Positions 38,261-51,624 of a stretch of DNA of 64,000 bases are shown here, piece by piece. The stretch is from Entomortierella parvispora E1425 (Eukaryota > Fungi > Mortierellomycota). Made by a program: the position numbers and the translations under genes. How positions within the stretch are numbered: position 1 is the first letter of the stretch; every line of letters starts with the position of its first letter. The stretch lies in the NCBI GenBank assembly GCA_020891255.1, contig BQFW01000004.1, forward strand, positions 62,001 to 126,000. The letters run 5' to 3'. Below the pieces are notes generated by a model, which was given only the letters and a program-made list of their open reading frames with translations, was not told the origin of the DNA and searched no databases.

Positions 38261-41200
38261 GGCCGTAAAGTGTGTTGTGTGGTGTGTGTGGGAGAGTGGT
38301 GAAGAGGTAAAGCAAAGGGAGGAGGGGAGTGGGGTGGGGTGGAGTGGAGAGAGAGGCAAAGAAGAAAGAGCGCGCAAAGGAGTGGTAGCAACAAGCAAAG
38401 AGCAGAGTGCACCGAGTGTTTGAACAGTCTTTGCTTTCTGTTGCTGATTGGCGAAAGAGTGGTGAGGAGCAAGAAAAATGGAGGGAAGAAGGGTAGGTAT
38501 TTATCTGTTTCTGGGGGACGTCCTTGGCAAGGACTTTGGAATGAAATGAATGAATAGGACAGAGTGCAGTGCAAAGAGAGCGGGCGGAGCGGTTGGTTCT
38601 GTTTGCAAATACAGAGAGTGGACAGAATGCGGGATTTTCGTCCAGTCTGTGCGACGGGACTGCCTGGGGCGTGTTCAGTGGATCCACGCCATGTCATTAA
38701 TTCAGGCACAGAGCCAGCAGCCAGCGGAACCAAGAAAAGAAGAAAGAAAAAAAGGGTCGTGCTCGTGCTCACAGGTCCGCTCGTTTGTGCCACTCCACTC
38801 CGAAGGTAGTGATCGCTAGACTCTCAGTCCACGCACGTCCTGTACTGTAGGTGAAAATTTACTTTGTCACCCCCTCCTCTGTCCCAGTCAGAATTCCCTC
38901 TTTTTTTTGGATTGCGCGATTTATTTCCCTCGCAGCCCAGCCCAGCCACGAGAGTGAACCCTCCCTCTCTCTCTCTCTCTCTTTCCCCCCCGTCATCGAC
39001 TACAGTAGGGCAAGCATGCTTGCTGACCATGACCACCTCCTCCCCGCTGACGGTGCTTGATGCTCGCAGAGTTTACTTTTCTCCTGCTTCTTTGCTTCAT
39101 CATTGTCTTCCTTTTTCGCGCTGATCTAGACCAGGTGGACGGCCTCTCTCCCTGCTCTTGTTGATCCTCCATGGTTGCACTACATTGTTGACTGTACCTG
39201 ACAACGTGCAACGGAAGCGCTATTTTTTTATTGACACCCTGGTCTTGAAAGAGGCAATATGGAACATTGCCCCCAAAACGGCAACAGGGCTTCATTTTCT
39301 ATCTTTGTGGTGCGAATCACCTGTGAGAGACCTGAGAAATCAGGATGGTCGATCCAATCGGCCTATTTGGTTACTCATGGGAAGACAGGGTCTGTTTTCT
39401 GCTTTGGGCAGCGTTCTTGCTCTCCTATCTAGTGTGGATCTGTGCATCTTGCCCTGCACTTTCTCGTTAGTGGTGTGGCAAAAAAGAATAAAACTTGCCT
39501 GAACGGCGTTCTAGACACTTGGACACTAGGATCGATGGGTCTGATGTGACAATGTAGGTCATGATGGCTCATTGACTTTCTAGATGGAATGAGAATTAGA
39601 AGAGCACGCCCTCTCCTTCTTGCCTCCAGATCAGACTGGTCCTTGCCATCTTTTACTCCTATTCTTGGAAAACCGAGCAAGCTGCACACGAACTGTTGCG
39701 CATCTATTAGATGGCTGCATAGCATGCATAGCAGGCTAGGGTGACGGGTGATCAATTAGTTGACCCCCAGCGCCACAAAAACGCAATGGTACCAATGGTG
39801 AAGCTCTCCTCGTGCCCTGGTTGGAGATACTTTTCTCCAATCTCCTCGACACAGACACTGCCACGCCCACTGACTTGGAATGAGTGGAGATATAAAGTAA
39901 AACTTGGGGTCATGAATGGAGTAAGGCGCTAGCGTAGAAGGTGGATCTGAGATGGAGAGGGGTTCCGCATCTGGAGCCCCCCTCTTTCCATCTTGCACAG
40001 CAATGGGTGCCTGCAGAGTGGTGCTCGTAATCGTGGTGGTGGTGTAATATTAGAAACGTGCTATTTAGTCCAATGCAATGCCCCAAGGAAGGTTGCATTG
40101 CGTGAAGAAGCACGGAAAAGTCAAAAACGTGTCAAGTCTCTGCGCCGTCTCCCTGTCTCCTTGAGCCTTGAAGGCAGCTAGCTTTGGGGTATGAGCAATG
40201 TGTTGTTGGACAGAGGGCGTTGAGGGCATGCAGCACGCAAGCCGAGGGGTATCCCCTTGCAGATAATGAACTGATGTTACCTCGGAGAAAATTAGGACCT
40301 TTTTTTTTGCATCCCAAAGTTCCACAGCCTCTCCTCCCCCTTCACAATAACAGAGGTTGGCCCAAAGGTGGTCCACCCACTATTGCGTAATGTTTGTATT
40401 GTGAATGAATAGGAGGGCGAGCAGTGGTTCAAGGATGCGGGATGGAGTTTGCGGAGCGGTGTGTCATTGTCATCGCCTTGTATTATTAATGGGCAACAAT
40501 AAAAAAAAAGAGGCCGCGAAAGGTGACCTTACCTGTTCATCCTAACCTCGACGCGACCTAGGGCTTACTATCTAGTCCTCCATCCAGATGTCGCTTCAAC
40601 TCTAGCCATTGCATGAAGTAGTTCACGAAGGGAGAAAAAGTTAGAGTGACCAAACGATTAAAGCTTTCTGTCGATTCGAAGAGAAAAAAAAAAAAACTCG
40701 CTCCATTGTGCTCAATATACATGTAAATGCCTCTTTTTTTCAACAGCCCCTCCCCTCCTGTCTGCTTTTGTCACTGCGGACCGTACCGGGAAGCGCCTTA
40801 ACCCTCACAGTAGGCCCCACCGGGTGCTTGACCATGACCCTCCATGGCCTTGAAACAGAAAAAAAGCGCGCGCGCTAGCACCATAGCTCGTGTGAATAGG
40901 AAATTCATGCCATCGTTTTTGTTCCAAGAGTGCGTATATAAAGGACAAGAAAAGCTCCAGGGAGACGAGGAAAGGATTGTCTTCTTCCCTTCACATTTTT
41001 CTCTTCACGATACAGTCTCTATCTTCTATTTCCTAATTTCCTGCCATTTTTCTCTCACGAACACCTCGACTTCTCAATTCAAAGCTTCCCCGTTTCCTCT
41101 ATTATTGTCCCTTTACTTGAGCGTGTATCATAAGTGCACTTGAGTAATTGAAGGCCGAACAAACAGCTGGTTGAGTGCCTAGACCTCTTGGGCCACCTTC

Positions 41201-41269
41201 CTCCCTCTGTCTCCTGACACCTTGACAGTTCATCACCCAGTTCATCCTTACTATCCGTTATCTTGCTTC

Positions 41270-41910
41270 ATGTCTCCCTCCCCCATCCTTCAACTCAAAA
41301 CCCCCTCCGACATTCCCATTCTTGAGCCAAGGTAAAGAAGAATATCATAAGATAAAATTCAAATAGAGACTTGCTCTAAATCGAAAGGTGAGAAAAGAAA
41401 AAAGTCCCTGTCCCCGTCCCCGTCCCAGTGCCTGTGTTTTTGTCTTTGCTCATTCCTTCAACTCGAAGCTATGTTTGCTCCAAAGACACAACCCTTTGTT
41501 TCTTTTTGATCCGCTCATATTTTTTCTTTGTTTGTTGATTCATGTCTCTTTGGCAAATGTTGGTTTGCGCGAAATATTTTTTTTTCTTGGTCAATCCATG
41601 GCATTTTCCTGTTACCACATGCCGTCAACCCGTCCAACATTCCCGTCTTGCTTTACGTGCGCTCAAAACTCTTTTTGGTCCGCGCTCCCTCCCTCCCTCC
41701 CTCTCTCTCTTTCACTCTCAGCTCCGCTGATGAATACCCATTACATAGTTCCCCCCACATGTCTAATCTAATTCCCTCTTTCTTGGGTCGACTGTCAGAT
41801 GAGGTGTCAAAACACAAAAGTACGTGTCATTGAGAGGGCAATAATGTGTCATTCTGTGAATTGACTCAATAGAGGTGGTTTATCTGAAAATGACAATCTC
41901 TCATCCTTGA
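41270..41910 (+). CDS. Possible small spliced ORF (about 58-65 aa), unverified
   Basis: TATATAAA near 40935, CT-rich leader, ATG at 41270, donor AG|GTAAAG at 41332, and a strong pyrimidine-tract acceptor at 41721 that keeps the frame (MSPSPILQLK...SSADEYPLH...). No recognisable domain. Confidence 0.2.
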
Positions 41911-43017
41911 TGTCTTGAGGCTAAGCTAATTTTTTTTGGGTTGCATGGGCGTGAGTCCAAGAAAATCGCGCAAGGAGGTGCAAGAAGGACGATTAAAAAA
42001 AAATCCCTCAAGATAGGGCCAACTTTTTTTTTTTTTTTTGGTGCTCTCGGACAGAATACGGTAGATATAGAGAGGAGGGCTTTGGTCACACAGGGGGGGG
42101 AATCAAACAAACGTGGAAAAGGAAAACGACGCGTCATTTTCGCCATTTGAGCTGCTCACTTGCTGCACCCTTCTTAAGCACCCTCTCTCGTCCAGAAAGT
42201 AACGCCTGCAAGGCAAATCCGGGGGGGAGGGACGTGCAACACAAACACAAGGGGAATCCGAAAAATGAGGGAATTTTCAGCCCATCTCCCAATTGAAACC
42301 CAATTCTCCATAAGCATTGCGGGATTTTTTTTTTTTTTGAACGCCCTTCTTTTTGGGCAAATGAGATCGCCCTTCCTCCCCCCTCTCCTATCTCCTTTTC
42401 TTTCTTGATCAACCTCCAGAAATGGAGCGCTTCAGGGATCTTTTTTTTTTTTTTTTCTTTCTTTGCTTGAATTGCTTCTGAACAGAACTTTCTGAAGAAC
42501 TAGTAGGGAAAATAAATCCCTCGTTTTTCTTTCTATTCCGTGCATTTTTTTTTTCGCAGATCGCTCTGGACGTAAACAAAACAGCAGCACAGACGTCGAG
42601 TCGCTGATTGAAAGAGAAAAATGAATAACGCCACCAATTCGATAAGAAAGAGAAGTTTTTTATTGCTAGAAGCTGCGGTTGAACAAGGCGATAAAGAGTA
42701 TTACGAAGACAGGAAAGATGAGCGCACAGAGATAGTAGGGAATGAGGAGGCAGCACGAGAAGAGTGAGAGTGGAATGAGGGATCATGGATAAGAGCATGG
42801 GTGAAGAAACGGAGCTTTTTTTTTTGTTTTTTTGTATGAATGACAAGATGATGGTACAGAATTTGGTATAGTTGAAGTGGGAGAAAGCAAACAAAAAGAA
42901 AAAGAAAGAATGTCAAAGGGTATGAAGAAAGAAAGGGGTCATGAAAGGGTCATCATCGGATAGGAAAGGTGAATGAGAGATGGAAAATAAATGAGTGTCT
43001 CGACAGCACCTCCTTTT

Positions 43018-43047
<30 letters not shown>

Positions 43048-43051
<4 letters not shown>

Positions 43052-46000
43052 GCGAGAAGCATCGCGCTATTGGCCTCAAAGAGAGGCTTTCCGAGCTCGA
43101 GCTCGAGCAATCCATTGTTACTGCTGTGGTTGCTGTTGTTGCTGCTGCTGCTGCGAGGAACTTGTTGGTCCTCATACCCTTGTTGTTGTTGCTGCTGCTG
43201 TTGCTCCGGCTCGGATTGAGCGTGGTGAGCGATGTGCTCCTCCAACTTATCAATAACGACCCATCCAACCGCTCCGTCCTGGACGGGTTCCAACATGACC
43301 CATCCACTCTCTTGTCCTGCCATGTGTTCAATGCACATCCATGGGAAGACTTCATCCAACGACTCTTCAGTCTTGGTCATCACGTCCTGATGACGAACGC
43401 CCACCGGCAACAATCTTCTCTTTCGCCCATTCACGCTGCTGGGCAGTCCTGACAAAGTTGGGTCCTTTGAACCCTTGGCCGCCTTGTTCTTCTTTCCAAA
43501 CAATCCCCTCTTCTTGATCGGCTTGGTCGACATCGTCGCCGTCGAATTCGTCGTCATGGTGGTCATGGCCGTTCCAGCGGTCATGGTCGAGGCCGCGGCC
43601 GTCGAGTTGGTGACGGCCGAGATGGCCAGCTTGTTATCGGTTAATCTATGCCGTTGCTGGGGAGGAAGCGAGGACGATGACGACAAAGAACCACGTCCAC
43701 CACCACCAGCAGCAGCTTGTCCAAGCCGCTGCTCCATCGACTGGGTGCCGAAACCCATCGAGGGACGTGGACCCATGCTGCCGCCTTTCGCAAAGGAGCT
43801 GGGTGAGGATCTGTCGGACATACTCCTCTGAAGACTGCCGAGAACGCTGCCGGCTCCGGAGACGTTGTTCCCCCGGGGAGACGTGGCCGATATCATGCTG
43901 TGGGTGGTCGACTGCAGACTGTTCCTGGGCGTGTTCTCTGCGCTCGAGTGGGAGGTCGAGGTCGGGGTTGAAGCCGACACCGAGGACATGCAGGACTGGT
44001 CCCGGTACCGGAGGCTGCTTTTGCGAGCCAGAGGAATGGGCCGCGGGAGCACATTCTCGATCAATGGCTGGGTTGAGCCCCGTACAAACATTCCCTTGCT
44101 GATGATGGTCGCTTCGTTGGCCTTGAGGGTGGCCAGGGCTTCGGGGTCCTTGGCAAGAGCCAGGAAGCTGGCCTCGGCCGCCTTCATGGCGGCTCTTCTC
44201 TGTTCCAGACTGGGTCCGGGTGCGTATCCTTGACCTAGAGTGTGGTTCTTTTGTCCCAGAGGATCCGATCCATACTTTTGATGAAGTGGGTGTCGCGGCG
44301 CTCGCTGCGGCGGGGTCATCATCTCCACCCCCGTCGCCGCTGCTGCTGCTCCTCCAGTTGATCTTCCCGTCTGGGACAATCGTTGTTGATTGGTGCCAGA
44401 CAGGTCCTGCTCCGGTTCAGTGAATAAATCAGATTTGAAGCCTAGTTCCGAAAACTGATCCCATTGTAGCTGGTAGTAGAGCTTACCATCCTTCAGGAGC
44501 GTTGCAGTCGAGAAACGGAATTCGTTCTGGACCGCAGCAGACTTCTTGGGGATGTTGTTATCGATGGGCGAGGCCGAGAAGGACGCTGAGGTGCCGGCTA
44601 CGGCCGAGAGATCAAACTCCATCACCATCTCGGTCTCTTCCCCTTCTTGAGCCGAGGACTGCTTAGGTGACGATACTCCAGCGCCATGGTCGATCGAAGC
44701 TAAGAGAGAAATGCAGAGCAAGAGAAAAAGAGAGAAAAAAAAGAAAAAGAAAAAGAAAAGAGATCGAATGATCGATCAGGAAACGAGTTCCTTGACGAAT
44801 TCATTTCATTACCATCCTTCATCCAGCCCGCATTCCCACCACTCGCTCGCTCCTCCCCTTCTAGTGCACAGAACAAGATCAGCAATTAGACATTGGTCAA
44901 ATCAAGGAGATAGTTACCATTGCTCTTCTTTCGGTTAGTTGCCGCGCCGATCTGTCTAGGGCTGGTGGTAGGCGACATCGAGCCCTTCTTGAATCGTCTT
45001 CGAGGAGGGGTTACAGGGTGTTGAATGGATCCGACCGTAGCCGCCGAGGCACGACGTGCTCCCACAAAACCCTTGGGCACCATCTGGTCATGCTCTTTGG
45101 AAGAAGGGCTCGAGGGTACAGATGCGATATCCCCTGGCACTGGCAAGGATGCTTGAGCTTGCTGTCGCCAGCTTTTCAGAGCCTCGGGGCCACCACGACC
45201 AGTCGACATCAATGCAGGGGCTGTCATGAGATCCTGACCAGCAGAGGATCCTGCCATCAGGTCGCCCAAGAAGTTGAGCTCGAGACGAGGTGGCTCGATG
45301 GACACTGTAGGGGGCGCCGTTGTGATCGCTGCTGGTGCACCGCCCACCTGGCTGTTAATCTTGCCAGGCTTGAGCATGTCATCACTCGTCTTTGAACGCA
45401 GCTTGGACAAGGCACGAATAAAGCCCGAAGTCTTGGACTTGCTCTCTGTTGTCATCGAGGAAGAGACGCCAGAAAAGGTCGAGCCTTGCTGGAGTGGCAC
45501 TGGTCGGCCGACATTCGATCCCGTGTGAGGGCTGGTCATGGACCTCATAGGATGGCGTGGGGACACGGCCACGCTGGATGAATTAGGCGACAACTTGGAG
45601 CTTCGTGCACTGTTGGCTGTGAGCGATCGCTTGGCGCCATTACCATAGCCTGGAGGGGGCGAGATGGGCCTATCAGGGAAGGTCTCTTGGAACTTGGATC
45701 GTAACTCGGTGCGTGGAGCAAGAGGCGTAATGGGCGTGAAGATAACGCTGACTTCAATGTCTTTGGGTCTGGAGAGGACCTCAAAGGCACGGACCCCAGT
45801 GGCACCGTTGCTGTTGTTGTTGCTATTGCTGCTGTTGTTGTTGTTGTTGCTGGCGCCTTGTGACTTTCCATAGCAAGGCTCCTCTTGCTCAGCCTGCGGG
45901 CTGGCCATGGGCGCAGACTGAGGAGGCCAGTTGAGAATTTCTTGAAGCAGGATGCCCTGTTGCTCTTGCTCCTCCTTCTCCAAATCCTCAGGCGACTGCT

Positions 46001-48492
46001 GAAGGGAAAATTCGGAGCTAGCCCTGGAGGGATCTTGGTGGTCCGGGTTCATCACCATCAAGTGGCGCGAGTTTGGCTCGTCATCGACCGTCATCTCTGT
46101 CTGGAAGGTCATCTGACTACCGACCGAGTCTCGGAGGCGTGCCTTCATAGCACGAGGGTCCAAGGACACGGACCGACGAAGGGACGGGTTGCGCTTGGAT
46201 CGATGAGATCCCGATCCAGGCGATCTCGGAAGCGGGTGCGCGGAATGTGTAGCAACCCGGGTTCGGTTCGGGATCCCTCCAGAAAGCTGGAGCGGGGCCG
46301 AGTTGAACTGAGCACGGTCCTTGGACCAAAGCTCCTGTTGAGACTGAGCTCGCTGGAAACCGTACTGCTGCTCATGTTGAATGGCTGCATCTGTGTAGCC
46401 TTGCTCTCTCATCTGGCGAAGGCGCATGGAGAGCAGCTCTTGTTTTGAGAGAGATCGAATGCTGCGACTCGGTGACTCTTCTCCAAAAGCACGACCGCCG
46501 TTTTGCTGTTCATAGTTGTGTTGCTGGTAATGTGGTTGGTGAGCCTGATAATCGACAGCCGATGATCGTTGCCGCAAGTGGTTTTGGTAGCCGCTATGAC
46601 TGACTTCTGGCTCAGACTCGTAGCCATCTTCCTCCTCGTCGTCATGAGCCGATCCTCTGAAGAGCGACTCCATATCCGCCACTGAACATCGTCGTTGGAG
46701 GTCCAGTGCTGGACGGAGGAAAGCTTGACGAAGACGGGTCAGGTGGGACTGATCCTGCTGGATCTCCTCGAACTCTGCCTTCTCCACCAGTACTACAGGC
46801 GCTGGTGACATGGGGCGGGAAAAGGATTGAGCGATGGATTGAGATCGTGAGAGAGAAGCGGTGTGCATGTTTCCTTGATGAGAGAGTGGCGAGGTGGGTC
46901 GTGGGGGTGGCGTGGCGAGACCAAAGTAGTCCCTTTCGTTCGCGTAGCTCCTGGGTGTTCCTACTCCAGGATGAGCCAGCCCTGACCATCCTCCGGCCGA
47001 TCCCGGCATGCTGGAGCCAGCACTTGAAGGCAATGAAACATCGATACGAGAATGTGAAGGAGGCATGTTGATGTGATCTGGGTGCATGCTGCTGCTGCTG
47101 CCATTGTTGCTGGCGGTATATTCGCTGGTTTGCTGACGAGCACTCTTGAGCACTCGCGTCTTATTGTCGATATATCGATTCTCATCCACCTCATCCTCCT
47201 GGTCGACCATGGCTAGGTCCTGCGATCGTTTGATGCGAAGGAAGGCTCGAAAGAGGTCCTCACACGCGGCACCCGTGAAGCTGCGTTGTTTCAGGGAGTC
47301 GTCGAACGTTGTGAAGTCTCTCTCGGGCTCGTCTAGGATGCAGAGCGAGATCGCCTTGGCCACGGCGGACAAGTTCATAGTGTTGAGGTCGCTCAGCAGT
47401 GTCACATCTGCACAGAGCGAGAAGAGGTCGAGCAAAATAGCACGGTTGATGGAAGGGAGATCCTGGACGAATCTCGAAAAGTCTTTGTCTGGTGAACGGA
47501 AGAATTGCCATTGTAAAAAATAGATTGGGTGAGTAAAACGATGCTGGTCCTTGAGCAATGCACAGAGTGAGAGAGACAGAGAGAGAGCGTGGCATCACAA
47601 GATAAACACCCCGTGCATCTTTTTTTACCTTGATCGAGAAAGAGGGCTTGGTAATCTTCGTAAGTGACAAGGGTCTCTTCGGAGTATCGGATTGCTGCCT
47701 TCATGGCATGTGCTACTTGGTGGATATCGATCTTGTGCAATGCTGATAGCGCTGTATTGGCATCATCGTCGAGGATCTGCCGGATAGTCTCCATAGTAGC
47801 ACTGTGGCTCAAGCCCATCTGTTGCTGTTTGAGGATACCCTTTGTGGTCAGACCTGTATAAAGTTTGGTCATATTGGCAAAGCAAGCGGTGTTGACGCAG
47901 ACAGTGCAGACAGACAAACAAACAAACAGACAGGCAATGCAATCCAGGGAGGCACCGTGGATATATGGGTGAACAATACAGTTCCAAAGGGGAGGAGGTC
48001 ATGAAACGCGATTAGGGGGATGCATACGCAGATTTGCATGTAACCACTTTTACCCAGGTTACAGACGCACAGCTATGACAGAAATAATAGAAAAAAGCGA
48101 TAGAGAGCAACAACAACAATAACAAAAAAAACTTTACCTCTCTCACGGATCTCCTTGACACACCGCTTGACGACCAACAGAGTCATCTCCATAGATAGAT
48201 CCTGAAGCTCGTTATTATTACTGGAGTCGTCTGCAAAGACCTTGGAGATCAATGTCTTTTTCTGCATGCTCTTGGTACGGCGGAGATTTCCGCTGCTGGT
48301 TGAACGGGGTAAACTGCCTTGGCGCGAAAGGGAGGAAGTGGGCTCGAGCGTCCGAGATTGAGAGACCCCGCTCGAGACACTCGCGCCGCTAGATTGAACG
48401 AGGTTGGAGCTGGTGCCTGCGACAGGTGAGGTCGGGCGATTGAATTGCTCTCGTAGGTTTCGAGCGCTCGAGACGAGACGGAGCGACGACAT
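43048..48492 (-). CDS. Large RhoGAP-like protein with a long low-complexity tail
   Basis: N-terminal RhoGAP-like elements (RCVKEIRERGL, DIHQVAHAMKAAIRY, NTMNLSAVA). Exons 48492-about 48135, 47853-about 47630, about 47450-44918 and 44699-43048 join in frame through GT-AG introns. Confidence 0.75.
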
Positions 48493-51315
48493 TGATATGC
48501 TTTGAGAGGTATGGCGAGGAGGAGGGGGAGAGATAGATGGTTTGGGGCTTTTTTTTTAAAAAAAAAAAATGGTGGGTGGACACAAGGGGGGGGGAAGAGG
48601 GTGTTACTATTGCTCTCTCCTAGTTAATGCAAGAGGATGAAGGTGAGGGATCCGAGGGTGAAGGATGGGAGTTTTATGAACAGAAAGGCGTGCAGACAAG
48701 AAAAGAAAAAAAAAATGAACAAGGAGGTGGGGAAAGGGGGCGCCCGCACGGAGGTGCAGAGTCGAGTCCTGGTGCCTGAGGGTAAGGTTGGACTGGTGCC
48801 TGACAAAATGATTTCGTGCTACTACCAGGGAACCAGGGATGAAGTTGTGTCCGTGGATCCAGGTACAGCCAGGGAGTTGAATCGTAAGAGATGAAGGGAG
48901 AGAGATGGATTGAGGGGAGGGAAAGAAGAAGAGAGAGAGAAGAGAAAGAATGGGATGGGTTAGTCGAGAGGTTCAAATAAATGTTCTTTGAGAACTGGCT
49001 CGAGGTGGTTTGGAAGGAGAGGGGTGCAAGGTGAATGAGAAAACAACGCGACATGGACACTGGGGGAATTAATGAATGAATGCATTCAATCGTTTACATT
49101 CAGTCGGACAGTATGGAGAGAGTTGCGCACTGCATTCACACCGTGTCCGCGGTTCAGTCTCGAGGAAACAAAGTCGAGGAAGGGAAACGATGAAGAGTGG
49201 TGAACAAGTTCGAAAAAGAAGAAAAAAATGAAAAGAACTAAAAGGACCAAAAGGACAGGCAAGGTCGCCAAGGGAAGGAAAGGGTCGATCCAATGGTGTC
49301 CAAGCTGTCGAGGCCGGGTGTCGGGCGGTGACTGATTCGTGAGGGAAGAACAAACAATCAAGCACGGCCTAGGCAGGCAGACTAGGCCAATAGCAAAGAC
49401 AGCGAACGAGAGTGACCAGGGCGGTTGACGAAAGGAGAGACGTCCACACAGAGAAGGAGTCGAGGGAGGGGGAGAAGGAGGGAAGGAGAGGAAGAAGGAA
49501 TGAAGAGGGGTCGACACAAAAACGAGGCAATGGACAACGCGGACAATGTGGACAATGCGGAGAGGATATGAACATATGGAGTCGCCAGGACGGGACCGAG
49601 GAGACTTACAGCAATCCGGTGTGGAGAAATGTAGGTGCTTTTGGTGCTTTTAGTGCTTTTTTTGGTGGATGAGAATGAGGAGAATGCAAAGGTGGCGATA
49701 GGAAGTGTGGATATTATGGAGGATGCTGTTACGGACGGACGGTGGTATTACGGTGGATTTCCAGCAAAATGAAGAGTGGATGTAAAGAAAACTAAAGTAA
49801 ATATGATGGTGAGCTAGAGGGAAACAGGACAAAAGAAAAGGAGAGAAAAAAGAAAAAAAAAAGACCTCAATTATCCTCTTTCTGATCCTTGGTCAGTGCA
49901 CATCCACAGGGGCCGCGTTTGGTCCGGACCAGGGCGGGCCTGCATCGATCCTCATCCTGTCACCATGACCGGATCAGACGTAAAAAGTAGAATGGTCTGG
50001 GGCAGGGTATTGTTGACAATAACAAACCACCACGGACAAGACAACATCAACAAGCAGGACGCTCTCATTCTCGCCTCCTTGCTCGCTCGTTCATTCATCC
50101 CGTTCATTGTTTGTTTGGGCCATCGCCAGCACAACATGGCCGTTGGGAAGGGCTGTTTGTCATTGAACACGGTGAAAAATGAGTATCAATGCAAGTGCGG
50201 GCTTGCGCCCCATTCAGACAAAGAATACTATTTTCACACATCAATATATTCCTGGGTTCATCATGGGCCTTCCGTCATGGCTTCCGACTCAAAAGTGACA
50301 GTGGTGCGACACTGTATCTCACGTGGCGAATGCCATGGACGCACGCTGTTGCCCAGGTTTGCCCCAAGCGAAAAATGAACAGGGCTCGAGAGACGGGCTC
50401 AAACGAGAAAAATGGCCCAGTGGACACCTTGTCTTTCTTTTTTTCGTTGTCAGTTTGAAGGTTGATGAGATCGGTGACCTTAATTCGCGTGGCAGGTGAA
50501 GGCCTTCCCGACCGACAGGAACTACGGAACCCGAGTGGGAGCGAGAAAACAGCTCGACCCGCTGAAAGTGAATAAGCAGAAAAGGATGTTCATGCATTTC
50601 CGTCCTTCTGCAGCTGAAGCTGCTTCCACGATTGAAATGGTCCTATCCTCAATCTCCATTCCCCCCTTGCAGTTTGCGGCAGGTCAGAAACAGAGAAAAG
50701 AGCAGTAGGAGAGAGATCTGGTCGAATGTTTTATTGCATTTTGAGACGAGTCGAGGTGCAGCTGCATCTGCTGCATCCAAAATCAACCGAGCAGCAACGG
50801 AAAATATCCTTCTCTGACAGGAGCTAGAACGACCGATCTCGCCTCGACCATTCCTCGCCCCTCTCTCTCTCTTTGTCTCTCGGATCTTCGGTGGACACAC
50901 CGGGTTTATTCAGTCAAAAAGCATCACGGCCGTTAGTGAGATCTGCAGCTGTTTCCCAACTGAAAAAAAAAAATTCAAGCCAACTCCGCCTGATGTTACC
51001 GGCCCATTGTTTTCATGCTCCTCTCTTTGCTCTCCAGATCCAGCCAGCAGCTCACTCAGAATCACGCTCAAAAAGCTCTCTCTCCTTGTTTCCCTCTTTT
51101 TGACTGCCACATGGCGAAGAAGACAATCGAGTCTGCCCTTTTGGCCATTGTGCCAGCGGGCTTGTTTACTCATCCTGACAATAAAGAGTAAAAGAGATAA
51201 CCCAACATGCCTTTAGCGCTTTTTTTGATTGTCGGCCCTTCGCATTGACCTTGCGGGAACGACACATCCACCAGTGGGATGAAGGGAACGGATGAATCAC
51301 AGGGAAGGAAGGCAT

Positions 51316-51618
51316 TGTTGATGGCCAAGACGGTACGATACACCCTTAAGTAGAACCACTATATGTAGTTGCTCGCACGGCGTGGCCCTCTGCTCTTTAT
51401 CCGTCTTATTCCACATTGATCGATACTGACAGAGGCCAGCACGGCGACCCTTAGGTAGCCCTCTCGTTATTTATTATTACCAATACATGATCCGTCTTAT
51501 TCCACATTGATCGATACTGACAGAGGCCAGCACGGCGACCCTTAGTCTGATTCTCACTCGTCACCTAGGATTGCCATATCCCGCACAGCGCCCCTCAAGC
51601 CTGCCCCCGTACGCAACA
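51316..51618 (+). repeat. 5' LTR (303 bp) with an internal 56-bp direct repeat
   Basis: Matches 54989-55291. Internal repeat copies at 51399-51454 and 51490-51545. Confidence 0.95.
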
Positions 51619-51624
51619 GTCTTT

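Noticed and set aside
41728-41800. TGATGA as the C box of another snoRNA
   Set aside because: No downstream CTGA D box with a recognisable rRNA guide.
43019-43050. A31 tract immediately after the RhoGAP-like stop as a retrogene tail
   Set aside because: The gene has introns, and similar 20-31-nt homopolymers occur throughout the window (for example 12553-12583).
49896-50900. Short ORFs upstream of the retroelement
   Set aside because: No motifs or codon bias; consistent with the long upstream region of the RhoGAP-like gene.
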